Assembly: GCA_024103135.1 (NCBI GenBank)
Contig: JAGFIZ010000062.1
Span: forward strand, 24,321 to 88,320
Source of the DNA: Bradyrhizobiaceae bacterium
GTDB taxonomy: Bacteria > Bacteroidota > Ignavibacteria > Kapaibacteriales > Kapaibacteriaceae
Direction: 5' to 3'
DNA length: 64,000 nucleotides
The position numbers and the translations under genes are program-made. Of this stretch, positions 1 to 9,896 are shown one piece after another (within the stretch, counting starts at the first letter, position 1; every line of letters starts with the position of its first letter). The notes under the pieces were generated by a model. The model was given only the letters and a program-made list of their open reading frames with translations. It was not told the origin of the DNA and ran no database searches.

Positions 1-1152
1 ATTGATGGTTGTCTTGCCAGTGTTGGTGACAAGGTAGAGTCCTGCTACGGTATCAGGTGAATATGGCGAGTATCCAAGCTTGCCACAGGTGTCTTCGACC
101 AAGGTATCCACTTGTAAACACGAGCCAGGTCCGGCAACGCCAAGACTACCACCGCCCCCTCCCCCGCCGCCTCCATTACCTGAGCCGAACGAAACAACGA
201 GGGAATCAACCAAACCAATTTCTGTTGCTGCATGAAGTCGGCGGGCTCGCGCACCTAGTTGCTTTTGCTCCCATAGCAGCAAGATTGCACTGTCGGTAAA
301 GCTCAGACCCGAAGGCACTCTCTCGTCCCACAGCACCTTGTACAATCCGGGAATGCCCGCACCATTATCGTCCACCCAATTACCAAACAAGAACCGGTCG
401 GGTTCAATCAAGTCGCTTGCACGAAGATTGCCCCTTGCCGTCAGCCCGGGAGCTAGTGGTGTTCCTTCGATGGCAATCCAGAACTCAGGCAGACCTGGAG
501 CTGTTGACTTTCTGTATTCGCTTTCAATGCCTGAGTATCCGAAGGCTGTACCAATTGGTGCACGGTCGTTATTACCAATCTTGGTATCGACCAACATCAA
601 GACGCCAACATTGTGTTGTGTGAAACCAGCATTCTCAAGTGCCACCGACATTCGGATGAAGGCGCCGCTAGGACGTGCCACGGGCTCCATGGTAAAGGTC
701 ACCCGAATGCTATCTCCATTGCTTGCCATGGCCAACAGTTGTGCATTGATTCGTGGCCGACGTTCTACGGTGTCCCTAAAGAGATACAGGACCTTCATCG
801 GGTTGGGCGGCGGAGGAAGATCCGTTGTCCGGTCGACCTCGTACGGCATCTGATACACAACGTCGTCCACCTTCACATGAATATGCGAGGTGTAGTTCAC
901 TGGCCGGTTCCCCGTTCCATCCTCACGATAGATGAGCGTCTTGCTCGTGCCCGTGTAGTTCGTAGTGATCGAGAAGTGTCCGTTGTTAAGAATCTTCGCA
1001 CTCAGGAGATACGGTGGCATCTGATCAACCAGATCAAGTGCTGTCTGCCCTTGCACAGGTACTGCTGTGATAGCAATTGCTACACCTACTAAACACAGAG
1101 CAGCGCAGCATACACTCTGTATTGACCGTTGCGTTTGAAGCGTTCGAAGCAT
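1..1152 (-). CDS. Secreted hypothetical protein, partial (3' end beyond window start); Gly-rich segment near residue ~330
   Basis: Hand translation of the minus strand from ATG at 1152 gives MLRTLQTQRSIQSVCCAALCLVGVAIAITAVPVQGQ (a signal peptide), then an open frame with no stop down to at least 841. Only spurious-looking Cys/His/Arg-rich antisense ORFs sit on the plus strand here. The ORF track omits it because there is no in-window stop. Confidence 0.5.
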   Translation of the reverse strand, partial: MLRTLQTQRSIQSVCCAALCLVGVAIAITAVPVQGQTALDLVDQMPPYLLSAKILNNGHFSITTNYTGTSKTLIYREDGTGNRPVNYTSHIHVKVDDVVYQMPYEVDRTTDLPPPPNPMKVLYLFRDTVERRPRINAQLLAMASNGDSIRVTFTMEPVARPSGAFIRMSVALENAGFTQHNVGVLMLVDTKIGNNDRAPIGTAFGYSGIESEYRKSTAPGLPEFWIAIEGTPLAPGLTARGNLRASDLIEPDRFLFGNWVDDNGAGIPGLYKVLWDERVPSGLSFTDSAILLLWEQKQLGARARRLHAATEIGLVDSLVVSFGSGNGGGGGGGGGSLGVAGPGSCLQVDTLVEDTCGKLGYSPYSPDTVAGLYLVTNTGKTTIN

Positions 1153-1208
1153 ACGTTCCCACATGCATCGCATGCTGGAAGGTCGTGCCATTGTGGATTG
1201 CGCTTTCA

Positions 1209-3218
1209 TTATGGTACCGACTCCACAGGGGTAGCAACTTCGATGAGTACGGTACGGTTGTACCAACGTCCTTCGGGCAGGTTGTTGTTGTAGATCAGCA
1301 TTGGTCCAGCACCACTAGACTGACTTACAGCAGGAATCACGCGTTGTTTGATGCTTGTCTCGATTGCTGCGGCACGCTTGGCGGACAGTGTCTGGTTATG
1401 TTCAACTGGACCAATACGGTCGGTTAGTCCCGTGATGCGCAACGCACTGTTCGTGCGAATCCGACTGCGAACTAGGTCGATCATCGAACGATTGAACTCA
1501 CTCACGGTAGGACTATCAAAGTCGAAGAAGATGAGTCTGAAACGCTCAACCACACTGTCGTTCACAATCTCATTGGAGAAGCGTGTGCTCCGCACGAATC
1601 GTCTTGCGCTTACCATAGCCCCCTTCTCGTCCTTCGTGCCATCTGCATACGTGGCTGTAGTGCGGACAACTCCAGTTGCCGCAGCACGATTGTACATGGG
1701 GATGGCTTGAGATACGGCTGCGACATCTACGTTCCACGTGATACCGGAAGCACCGTTTGCAGTGAGTGGTCCGGCCACCCGATTGCTACCAATGGCGAGC
1801 TCAGCGCTGATGTTCGTTACGTCGGCAGGCGTTGCAAAGGTTGGCTTGATCGTAATGGATGCAGGCTCTGCCGTACGCTCAATCTTGTTCAGTGATACCG
1901 GTGCAAGTATTCGTGGATCGGAAGCGGCAAGTTCTGCGCGACGGTTTTCAGTTCGACCATCTTGGGTTGACTGCGTAGAGACGATGGATGGTAGAACACC
2001 GGCTGCCGTTTGAATGCGTTGTTCGCCTATACCCCAATTCCTGCTTAGGTAATCCTTGATTGCTTGTGCTCTGCTTGCTGAGAGTTGTGCAGAATTCTCA
2101 CCATCAGCGGGTTCTCGATAGCCGGTAACCATGAGCTTACTGTCGGGATACTTGATCATTCGTGAGCCAACGATGTCAAGCAGGCTGTGATAGACGCCAA
2201 GCACGGAATCTTGCAATGTAGCTTCGTCAAACGACTTGCCTGCAAACGCATGATAGCGTGTGGGAATGGCTGCACTGTTGGTTTCAAAGAAGACGAATGG
2301 TAATAGCGGTACAACGTCGCTATTGCGCGTCTCCGTAATCACGATGTCCGCCCCTGGAAAGGTTTTTCCATCTGCAAACCGGCTCTCCACCTCAAGATTC
2401 ATACTCCGCACCGGAGCTGCAACAGGTTCTGGCTGCCGCACGATAACGGGTTCTTCCTTCTTTGGTGGTTCTGGCGCAGCGTCTGGCTGTATTGCCCAGC
2501 TTACCGTTACTCCGGCGCGCAAGGCATGGGCTAGCCAGTCGGAACCAGACAGAACGTTTGTGAATGCTCGTGCATAGCCAACTTCTGGTGTAACGACGAC
2601 TTGTGGATGTACGCGAATGTCGTAGCCAACCATTGCTTGCAGGGCAATGCGAATGGTGGTGCTTACACCATTCTGTGCGAATGTTGATGATAGGAACGTC
2701 CGCTCTTGTCCACCCTGCGTAAACTCCAGATACGATGGCTCAAGAATCTTTTCGGTTTGAGCGAACGAAGCGCGAGTGTTAAAGCCGATTTGCGGACCCA
2801 GCCCAACGAACAACTCTGGTGTGAAGTACCACAGGGCCAGCAGATCCAGGTTGATGTAATCGAGCGTTGTTTGAAGTTGATACTCGCTCTGCATGCGAAC
2901 AAGAGAGCCATCGGGCAGCGAGACGTTGGGTTGCACATCGTTTGGTGCGCTGAACGTTCCATCGGCATCCCAGTACTGAAGGCGTCCGCTAAATGCCAGC
3001 TTGTCGGTAATCGGTAGCCACAGAGCATTGCCTGCCATCCACCCCAAGGTCGTGGCATCGGTGAACGTACCGCACTCGAGTAGCCCGTCTGCAGTTGTCA
3101 GCGATCCACTGTGCATGTTCAGGACACCCGACCCCGTTATGCCTATGCGGAGTACATCTTGTGCCCAAAGAGTTGATCCCATGAGAAGGATCGCCAAGGT
3201 CAACGTCCTGCGTAGCAT
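1209..3218 (-). CDS. OmpA-family outer membrane protein with two tandem OmpA/MotB peptidoglycan-binding domains
   Basis: Two OmpA-like C-terminal modules (FFETNSAAI...LMVTGYRE...NSAQLSASRAQAIKDYL and IFFDFDSPTV...LRITGLTDRIGPVEHNQTLSAKRAAAI). The N-terminal half is beta-rich. The likely start is MLRRTLTLAILLMGSTLWAQ (signal peptide) at 3218 rather than the ORF maximum of 3299. Confidence 0.8.
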   Translation of the reverse strand: MLRRTLTLAILLMGSTLWAQDVLRIGITGSGVLNMHSGSLTTADGLLECGTFTDATTLGWMAGNALWLPITDKLAFSGRLQYWDADGTFSAPNDVQPNVSLPDGSLVRMQSEYQLQTTLDYINLDLLALWYFTPELFVGLGPQIGFNTRASFAQTEKILEPSYLEFTQGGQERTFLSSTFAQNGVSTTIRIALQAMVGYDIRVHPQVVVTPEVGYARAFTNVLSGSDWLAHALRAGVTVSWAIQPDAAPEPPKKEEPVIVRQPEPVAAPVRSMNLEVESRFADGKTFPGADIVITETRNSDVVPLLPFVFFETNSAAIPTRYHAFAGKSFDEATLQDSVLGVYHSLLDIVGSRMIKYPDSKLMVTGYREPADGENSAQLSASRAQAIKDYLSRNWGIGEQRIQTAAGVLPSIVSTQSTQDGRTENRRAELAASDPRILAPVSLNKIERTAEPASITIKPTFATPADVTNISAELAIGSNRVAGPLTANGASGITWNVDVAAVSQAIPMYNRAAATGVVRTTATYADGTKDEKGAMVSARRFVRSTRFSNEIVNDSVVERFRLIFFDFDSPTVSEFNRSMIDLVRSRIRTNSALRITGLTDRIGPVEHNQTLSAKRAAAIETSIKQRVIPAVSQSSGAGPMLIYNNNLPEGRWYNRTVLIEVATPVESVP

Positions 3219-3303
3219 GTGCGTGTAGTGTAAGGTGACAAGATTGAAAGGGATGACGAAGCGTTGAATCAGTGGACGTATCCGCCGACCCTTCTCCAAA
3301 ACG

Positions 3304-6300
3304 TTAATGCTGAAGAATGAACAGTTGCTGGTCTAACAGTCCGTGTGCCGAGAAAAGCTGAACACAGTAAGCGCCCGATGCAGCAGTGGTCATGTTTAAG
3401 CCATGTACTCCGCTCGCCGTCGGAACATTTGCAATCTCCAGACCTTGTGCATCTACGACCCTAAGCCATAAAGGTTCGGGTGTGGTAGAAGTAACGTTCA
3501 CTTGAAGGACGTTCACCACAGGCGATGGTACGACTTGGACATTGGCGCCCTTGCCGACCTTTACCAGCGAACGGGTTTGTCCACAAGCTGGGTTTACCCT
3601 CACCGTGCCCGTGTCGGTAAGTACACATGCTTGATCATTGCCGGCACGCTTGGCTCTGATATCGGTGACGACATCCGAACCACGCAATCCTTCAACGACA
3701 AGGTTGATCTGCGTAGCAGTGGATGGTGGCGCACCCTGCCATACAAGCGTGAGTCGGGTTTGTCCAGCACTGCGCTGTACAGTAGATGATGGATCAAGTT
3801 GCACCTCGCCAGCTATACTCTGTACACCAGTGATTGCCAGCATGTCGGTTGCAAAGGCCATGTCCACGATAAGTTGCGATGCCGTCGTTGCACCAATACC
3901 AAGGGGTACTTGTATGGTCTCGCCCGGTGCCATTGTCACGTCGGGTATCGAAAGCGTCACCGCATCAAGCACTCTACCGATAACTGGAATGCTTGCTGAG
4001 CCATTGTTGGTATTCACAACCACTGCCCCGTTGAGCGTACCAGATTGTGATGCACCAACAGTAACGGCAATCACATAGGAAGAGCGTGGTGCAATGACAA
4101 CGTTCTGTGCGGCAGAGACGGATGCCTGACTCGTGTTCTCGACAACCACGTCCGTGATGAAGATCGAGTCAGTAGCACTGGCATTGGTTAGCACCACGGT
4201 CGACCTCACCGTATCACCGATGCAGAGGTCGCCAGCGTTGATTGCGGAGACGTTCATGACAACACTACGCGACACGACGACCACGCACAATGTACCCTCG
4301 ATTGCCGAATCGCTGGTTGACGTTGCCGTGAGTTGTATTCGCTCCTGTCCTTCACGTTGTACCGTGTAGATCACATCAATTGGCATAAGCTGTCCAGCAC
4401 GCAACGTAAACGGCACCACCGATGGGTTAGCGAGCACAGCCGTACCCGGAAGAGTAGGTAGGATGTTGATGGCCGACACCGTTACATCCTTGTCGCCAAC
4501 ATTCTCTATCAAAGCCGTTACAGTTATCTGATCATTGCGTTGTGCAGAAACCGTGTCGCACAATGCAGGTCGCACCACTGCCAACGTCCTGATACCCTTG
4601 CCTAGCACGGCTACGGGATATGCATGTGGACCAATGCGCATCGTTGCAGTGCCGACAACTGCACCTCGAGCTGACGGTTTGAAAACAATGCATACTTGCA
4701 ATTCTGTTCCTGGAGGGACAGGCGTCTTCCCTGTCGGTGACTCAATCGTATAGGCACCTGGTGGGTCTACAACAATGGAATCCACCCATGCCGTATCGGA
4801 TCCATTGTTTCGAAGTAGCGGCATACACAGTCTATTGGCCGTACCAACGGGTACTTCACCATGATCCATCACTGATGTAACGACCGACACGGTTGATGCA
4901 AGTCCTACACCGCTAAGGCGTAGCGTGTCTGTTACTGCACCCATGTCAAGCACCACCCGCGACGTTCGCAGACCGGGTTGTGACGGCCTGAACCAAGCAA
5001 GCAATCTTCTTGACTCTTGTGGTGCAAGCTTGAGGACGGTGGTATCGGCAGCGATGATAAAGTCGGCACCATCCAACAGCGTGAGTTTCTTGACCATAAT
5101 CGGCAGCACCCAGTTGTTGCTGACTTCGATCCACACACTATCACTCCGTGCGCCAACCTCCGTGCTTGGGAAAGAAACATCTGGACACCGCAGCGGCTGA
5201 TACACCTCTACTCCTGCAGTTCCAGAGCCCCCTGCCACCACTGGCACATTGCTCGATGTTAGGGCAACCCCGCGAGATGCTGCTGCTGTTATCAACGCAT
5301 CAAAAGGATTCCACACGCCTGCAGGATCCGTAGATGTTGGCAGAAGGAACATCTCACATGATCGAAGTGCTCCAGCCGTACCAGTGCCTGCAACAACAAG
5401 GTAGGCAGCTGCAGTGTCGGTTGGACTTGCCACAAGCGTTGTAGCAAAGTCTGAGCGCGAATCAATCATGCGTGGTGCATTCCGCCAACCACTCTTTGGA
5501 TCGTACCACTCACACGTTGCAACAGGTGCGCCGTTGGACTGTCCACCAAAGATGCGTGCCGTGCCAGTAATGTCGCTCACCGGAACGCCCCGACGTCTAT
5601 CTGCTTGCGGTGCATTTGCCCGTGGATCCCACGTGGTGCCTGCAAGAAGTTCCGACGAAGGAGGTGGTGTTGCTTCACCGCCTGCAGCCATGACCACGGT
5701 TGCATTGGTTTGATCAATGAACCGATAGACGCCATGCTCCGCTCGGGCGTTGATATGATCGCCAAGCCGACGAATGACGCCTGTTGCCACGTCGATCGTT
5801 GCCGATGCAGAAGACCGTTGCCCCGAAGCAATGGCCCCACCGTTTTGTGTGATGCCACCACTAACAACAATGGAGCCGCTACCATCGTACACTGCGCGAC
5901 AGTCACCAACAGCTACCGGTAGCTGTCCTACCGATTCAAATCGCCAATTCTGTTGGAGTGCGTCATAACGAAGTCGGCTCACTGCTGCAGTACTGGAATA
6001 GTTTCCTGCGGTGCCAGTGTATCCACCAATGATGTACACAATGCTTTCCTTGGTGCTGCTTGGAGCAACAACAACGCTGGCATTTGTTCTGGCCAGGACA
6101 TCCGTATTGATGGTTGGTGTGTTCTGTCCGCTTGCGCCATTGATGAGCACAGCCGATGCCAAACACGTACCACCACCATCACGTCCGCCCACAACCAGCA
6201 CATCACCGGTATGCACCATCACCACGCCATGTCCACTTCTTACCTGTGGCAGTGGCGGTAATGCTCTCCAGCCGGGTTCGCCTGCGTTAATGCTGGCAAA

Positions 6301-6342
6301 CCCGACACAGAGAAGAAGAAGCGATTGTAGAAGGCAACGCAT
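3304..6342 (-). CDS. Kelch-repeat beta-propeller / Ig-like repeat surface protein with T9SS C-terminal sorting domain
   Basis: Signal peptide MRCLLQSLLLLCVGFASINA. Kelch-like GG-containing blades in the N-terminal part, then repeated beta-sandwich modules. The C-terminus LWLRVVDAQGLEIANVPTASGVHGLNMTTAASGAYCVQLFSAHG fits the Por_Secre_tail pattern. A 1-bp gap to the upstream gene suggests an operon. Confidence 0.75.
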   Translation of the reverse strand: MRCLLQSLLLLCVGFASINAGEPGWRALPPLPQVRSGHGVVMVHTGDVLVVGGRDGGGTCLASAVLINGASGQNTPTINTDVLARTNASVVVAPSSTKESIVYIIGGYTGTAGNYSSTAAVSRLRYDALQQNWRFESVGQLPVAVGDCRAVYDGSGSIVVSGGITQNGGAIASGQRSSASATIDVATGVIRRLGDHINARAEHGVYRFIDQTNATVVMAAGGEATPPPSSELLAGTTWDPRANAPQADRRRGVPVSDITGTARIFGGQSNGAPVATCEWYDPKSGWRNAPRMIDSRSDFATTLVASPTDTAAAYLVVAGTGTAGALRSCEMFLLPTSTDPAGVWNPFDALITAAASRGVALTSSNVPVVAGGSGTAGVEVYQPLRCPDVSFPSTEVGARSDSVWIEVSNNWVLPIMVKKLTLLDGADFIIAADTTVLKLAPQESRRLLAWFRPSQPGLRTSRVVLDMGAVTDTLRLSGVGLASTVSVVTSVMDHGEVPVGTANRLCMPLLRNNGSDTAWVDSIVVDPPGAYTIESPTGKTPVPPGTELQVCIVFKPSARGAVVGTATMRIGPHAYPVAVLGKGIRTLAVVRPALCDTVSAQRNDQITVTALIENVGDKDVTVSAINILPTLPGTAVLANPSVVPFTLRAGQLMPIDVIYTVQREGQERIQLTATSTSDSAIEGTLCVVVVSRSVVMNVSAINAGDLCIGDTVRSTVVLTNASATDSIFITDVVVENTSQASVSAAQNVVIAPRSSYVIAVTVGASQSGTLNGAVVVNTNNGSASIPVIGRVLDAVTLSIPDVTMAPGETIQVPLGIGATTASQLIVDMAFATDMLAITGVQSIAGEVQLDPSSTVQRSAGQTRLTLVWQGAPPSTATQINLVVEGLRGSDVVTDIRAKRAGNDQACVLTDTGTVRVNPACGQTRSLVKVGKGANVQVVPSPVVNVLQVNVTSTTPEPLWLRVVDAQGLEIANVPTASGVHGLNMTTAASGAYCVQLFSAHGLLDQQLFILQH

Positions 6343-6343
6343 G

Positions 6344-9300
6344 TTAGCGTGCGATGATGAGACCTTGCGAAAGTGTACGCATACCCTGCTTGATGGACAG
6401 GATGTACATACCGTTACCCAAACCTTCGGTTCCTAGCTGAACCGTTGAGCTGCCGGCTTCGGAGCCCATGATCAGTCGTTCAGTACAGACCCGACCTGTA
6501 ACGTCAATAATCTGTACCACGGCTGGTGACGCATCCAGACCTGTAATGTCGACCGTTGCAATGTTTGCAACTGGATGCGGATGTATTCTGCTGGAAATGC
6601 CATTCATCTCTGCATGAACCACTGGATCGTCGTTATTAACGCTAACGAGAATGTCAACTGGTTCTGACGGACATGAAATGCGACCACGCTTGTCGACAGT
6701 GCGTGCGACTAGATGACGCGACCCTGCACCGGGTAGGACAACTGTGGTGGATGTTTCGAAATTGTAGGCAGTAACTACGACTGTATCGGCATCTGCATCG
6801 TAGATCACCACCGATGCTACACGGCCGTCGGCAATTGGTAGCCACGACACGGTTGTATTGCCTGCATCATTGCTCACAGCTTGAACACCTTGTGGTGGCA
6901 TCAGCGTCATCGCTGGATTCATGAGCGTCTCAGGTGCATGGACCGTCAGATTGCCTGCTCTATCAGCAAGCACACCCATCACGGTGAATGAGCATGGTGC
7001 TGTTGTATCGGAGAGTGCAAACGTGGCAGTATTGTCCTTCACTGTTGCTGTACCGATGAATCTACCATCATTCAGTTCTGCAGTCTGGTCCAGGAAGAAT
7101 GATAGCTTGGCATCCTGTGGAAGATTGGTACCCGTCCAGCTCACCACGAGATTCTTGTCCTGTATTGACGATTGCAATTCAAGCGTTGGAAGTGGTAATG
7201 GGGCTTGGACAGAGAATGTATCGGCTGGTGTGGCGTTTGGAGCAGCGAGTTTCCATTCGCCTGGCTTAGGGTTCTTCACAACCCACAGCGTCATCATACC
7301 GTCTGGGCTATAGACTTGGTGAATGCCACCATCAGGATTCGACTGTGTAATCTGCGTACCGTCAGGGTCAACAAGGTTGCTGACAAGATTGGCCGTCTTA
7401 CTGTCGATCAAGGCAACCAATACGTCTTGTCCATCCTGTACATTAAACACTACATCAGCTGCCTGCGTAGCATTGCCATCCTTGGTAATCTGGCTGAACC
7501 ATCCGCTAAGCAGCGTCTTGAAGCCACCATCCATATCAATTGCTGATGGATTGGGCAGAGCATCAAGATCGACCTTTAGCGTACCGCGACCTAGCTCACG
7601 CAAGGCCTTATACATTGCAGGATTTTCTCCTTCAGTAGGGGCTACTGCTCCAGAGCAATCGTAGGTGACACTGATCGTGTTGGGTCCACCTTCCGTAAGC
7701 GTGATGTTTCCCGAAGCTTTACCAAGGGTTACTGGAGCAAACGAGTTAAGGTACTTGCCAAACATGCCAAGTTTCTGGACGTTGGGATCGCTCATCTTCT
7801 GGAAGGTCATCGAACCTTCAAGAGAGCCCGAAACGGATGGTGGGTTAAAACCAAGAGCGCAGGTCAGCTTGCCATTCAAGAAGTACTCACCGCCTAAGTG
7901 AAGTGCTTTCGCTTCAGCTTCAAAGGTCATTGTGAGTGCCGTAAAATCAGCCGTGCCAGTACCACTTACCTCAACCTGGAATGGCTTATCCGCACTTACC
8001 TCTGGTACCTTGATCAGATTCCCCGTGACCTTACCATAGCACTGTGATGGTGGGTCCTGGAATCCGCCTTCGATGTTGAGTTCGAAAAGTCGTTCTGCGG
8101 TTTCGGAAAGCGGACCGAACTTGGCATTGATCTTACCCTTGATTGGATTGCCTAGATAGAGGTTCTCGACGCTAAGCCCACCACCCTTCCAACACAATGG
8201 TGTTTCAGGAACGGGGATGCATGTTGACAGTGAGAAATCCACATTGAAAGCATTGAGTACACCCTCCTTGAAGATGACGCCTGCAGCAATCTCTTCGAAG
8301 AATGGTGATTTACCCTTTCCAGAAAGACTGAGTTCTGATTTCTTGCTATCGTAGCCAACCTTGACTTCCTTTACACACCACGAGGCAGTAGGCGAGAAGT
8401 TCTTCACAGTTCCAGAAACCGAGAAATTGTTTACACCTGCCTCTCTGGTGATACCAAGCGTCAGTTCCAACTCTGCTGTCTTGTTAGGAGCCCAAACCGT
8501 TCCAAACGGCACTTCATCATTGCAGCCTTCCTTGGCGTTCTTTCCGATTTCCATTCCACAGGTGATTTCGACACCACCGGATGTAATACCATCACCAAGG
8601 AAGCGCAGCTTGGCACTTTTGAGTTTGCCACCAGACAAGGCCGATGCCAGCTCAGTGGTACCTAAATCCAGGACGTTCTCGCATGGAGGAATGGCGAAGG
8701 CAAATGGTCCTTCCATGAGATTGAATGGTTGCACAGCACCGTCAAACATGACGGCATCAAAGTACATTTTCCCACTTCCAGTGATCTTGGCACCACTGCC
8801 CGTTGTATCGATAATCACAACGCCATCTACTGAAAGAAGCCCTGCTATACGTGTCTTGTTTCCCGATGACTTAATGGTATTTGTTCCTTCTTCCTCCCAA
8901 CGTTCACCTTCGCCAGCATCAAACTCCAATGCAGGCAAGCCAGCACACTTGGAGTAGTAGTATCTGCCAGATGCGTCAACTTTAAAGTTGACCGTTAGCT
9001 CGGGGCTATCATAGACGTTTTCTTTGACGCCCTTGACCTTGAAGGTATAGTCACCTGTTACAGCGTTTTCCTTCACCTTCAAGTTGAACGTTGCGGCACC
9101 ATTATTGTCGGTAGTTCCGGTAAGCTTCTTGTCGCCCTCGAACACCGTTCCATCATGCTCCAACGTCACCGTGGTTCCTGGGAAAAACCTGTTGGTAATG
9201 TACTTGTCCCTTGCATAGATCTTGAAGGTGGCGTCCTCCTCTGGCTTGAGCTTAACGTCTGCGCCAGGCTTCGAAATCATGAGCATCTCTGGCTTGATCA

Positions 9301-9754
9301 AGAGACTTAATACACCCGACGAAATCTTCTGCTTGAGTGAAATCCCATTTTGTAGGTTCGCAGTACCTCCCCAATCAAAAGTGGCGGAGATTACATTGGT
9401 AGCCGAGTCGACCTTGGTAATGTTCACGGAACCATAATCACAAACCGTTTTCTGGTCAGACCTGTTACCATACTGGTAATAGGTAAGCGAATTCAGCTTG
9501 TAGTTCCCCACACCCGAATACTTAGGGATATACAACACCATATAGATGTAGTTGCCGGGGTCAGTTGAATCAATCACGAGCACCACCCTAAGTCGGCTGT
9601 CATCAAGCGTGTACTGTAACCATTTCGCTGATTTTGGCGTTTCGGGTCCTTGATTTGCTCGCTGAATCCAGGAAGCGGTATCGGCTGGTGCGGCTAAGGA
9701 AAGGGTGCTTAAGAGGCAGAGTCCGAGTATACACGTGGTGAAAAAACGGTACAT
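6344..9754 (-). CDS. Large secreted T9SS cargo protein (FN3/Ig-like repeats, function unknown)
   Basis: Signal peptide MYRFFTTCILGLCLLSTLSLAAP. 1136 aa, beta-rich. C-terminal VVQIIDVTGRVCTERLIMGSEAGSSTVQLGTEGLGNGMYILSIKQGMRT resembles a T9SS C-terminal domain. Confidence 0.7.
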   Translation of the reverse strand: MYRFFTTCILGLCLLSTLSLAAPADTASWIQRANQGPETPKSAKWLQYTLDDSRLRVVLVIDSTDPGNYIYMVLYIPKYSGVGNYKLNSLTYYQYGNRSDQKTVCDYGSVNITKVDSATNVISATFDWGGTANLQNGISLKQKISSGVLSLLIKPEMLMISKPGADVKLKPEEDATFKIYARDKYITNRFFPGTTVTLEHDGTVFEGDKKLTGTTDNNGAATFNLKVKENAVTGDYTFKVKGVKENVYDSPELTVNFKVDASGRYYYSKCAGLPALEFDAGEGERWEEEGTNTIKSSGNKTRIAGLLSVDGVVIIDTTGSGAKITGSGKMYFDAVMFDGAVQPFNLMEGPFAFAIPPCENVLDLGTTELASALSGGKLKSAKLRFLGDGITSGGVEITCGMEIGKNAKEGCNDEVPFGTVWAPNKTAELELTLGITREAGVNNFSVSGTVKNFSPTASWCVKEVKVGYDSKKSELSLSGKGKSPFFEEIAAGVIFKEGVLNAFNVDFSLSTCIPVPETPLCWKGGGLSVENLYLGNPIKGKINAKFGPLSETAERLFELNIEGGFQDPPSQCYGKVTGNLIKVPEVSADKPFQVEVSGTGTADFTALTMTFEAEAKALHLGGEYFLNGKLTCALGFNPPSVSGSLEGSMTFQKMSDPNVQKLGMFGKYLNSFAPVTLGKASGNITLTEGGPNTISVTYDCSGAVAPTEGENPAMYKALRELGRGTLKVDLDALPNPSAIDMDGGFKTLLSGWFSQITKDGNATQAADVVFNVQDGQDVLVALIDSKTANLVSNLVDPDGTQITQSNPDGGIHQVYSPDGMMTLWVVKNPKPGEWKLAAPNATPADTFSVQAPLPLPTLELQSSIQDKNLVVSWTGTNLPQDAKLSFFLDQTAELNDGRFIGTATVKDNTATFALSDTTAPCSFTVMGVLADRAGNLTVHAPETLMNPAMTLMPPQGVQAVSNDAGNTTVSWLPIADGRVASVVIYDADADTVVVTAYNFETSTTVVLPGAGSRHLVARTVDKRGRISCPSEPVDILVSVNNDDPVVHAEMNGISSRIHPHPVANIATVDITGLDASPAVVQIIDVTGRVCTERLIMGSEAGSSTVQLGTEGLGNGMYILSIKQGMRTLSQGLIIAR

Positions 9755-9896
9755 AGTGGACCTTTCGTTAAAGGGAGATTAGCAAAGCATCCGTCAAACT
9801 CGGATAATTTTTCCACACCTACAATACCCAGAAACAGCAAAATGCCCGAATGTGTGTTTCAACATGCAGGCATTTACTTGATTGGATTGTCGAGAC

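Noticed and set aside
57-1092. Plus-strand ORFs 57-299, 338-853 and 613-1092
   Set aside because: Their translations are Cys/His/Arg-rich and not protein-like. The minus strand carries a clean open frame with a signal peptide from 1152 running off the window edge, so these are antisense artefacts.
3218-3299. Upstream extension of the OmpA ORF from 3218 to the maximal start at 3299
   Set aside because: The extension MEKGRRIRPLIQRFVIPFNLVTLHYTH precedes a clear signal peptide (MLRRTLTLAILLMGSTLWAQ), so the downstream ATG at 3218 is the more plausible start.
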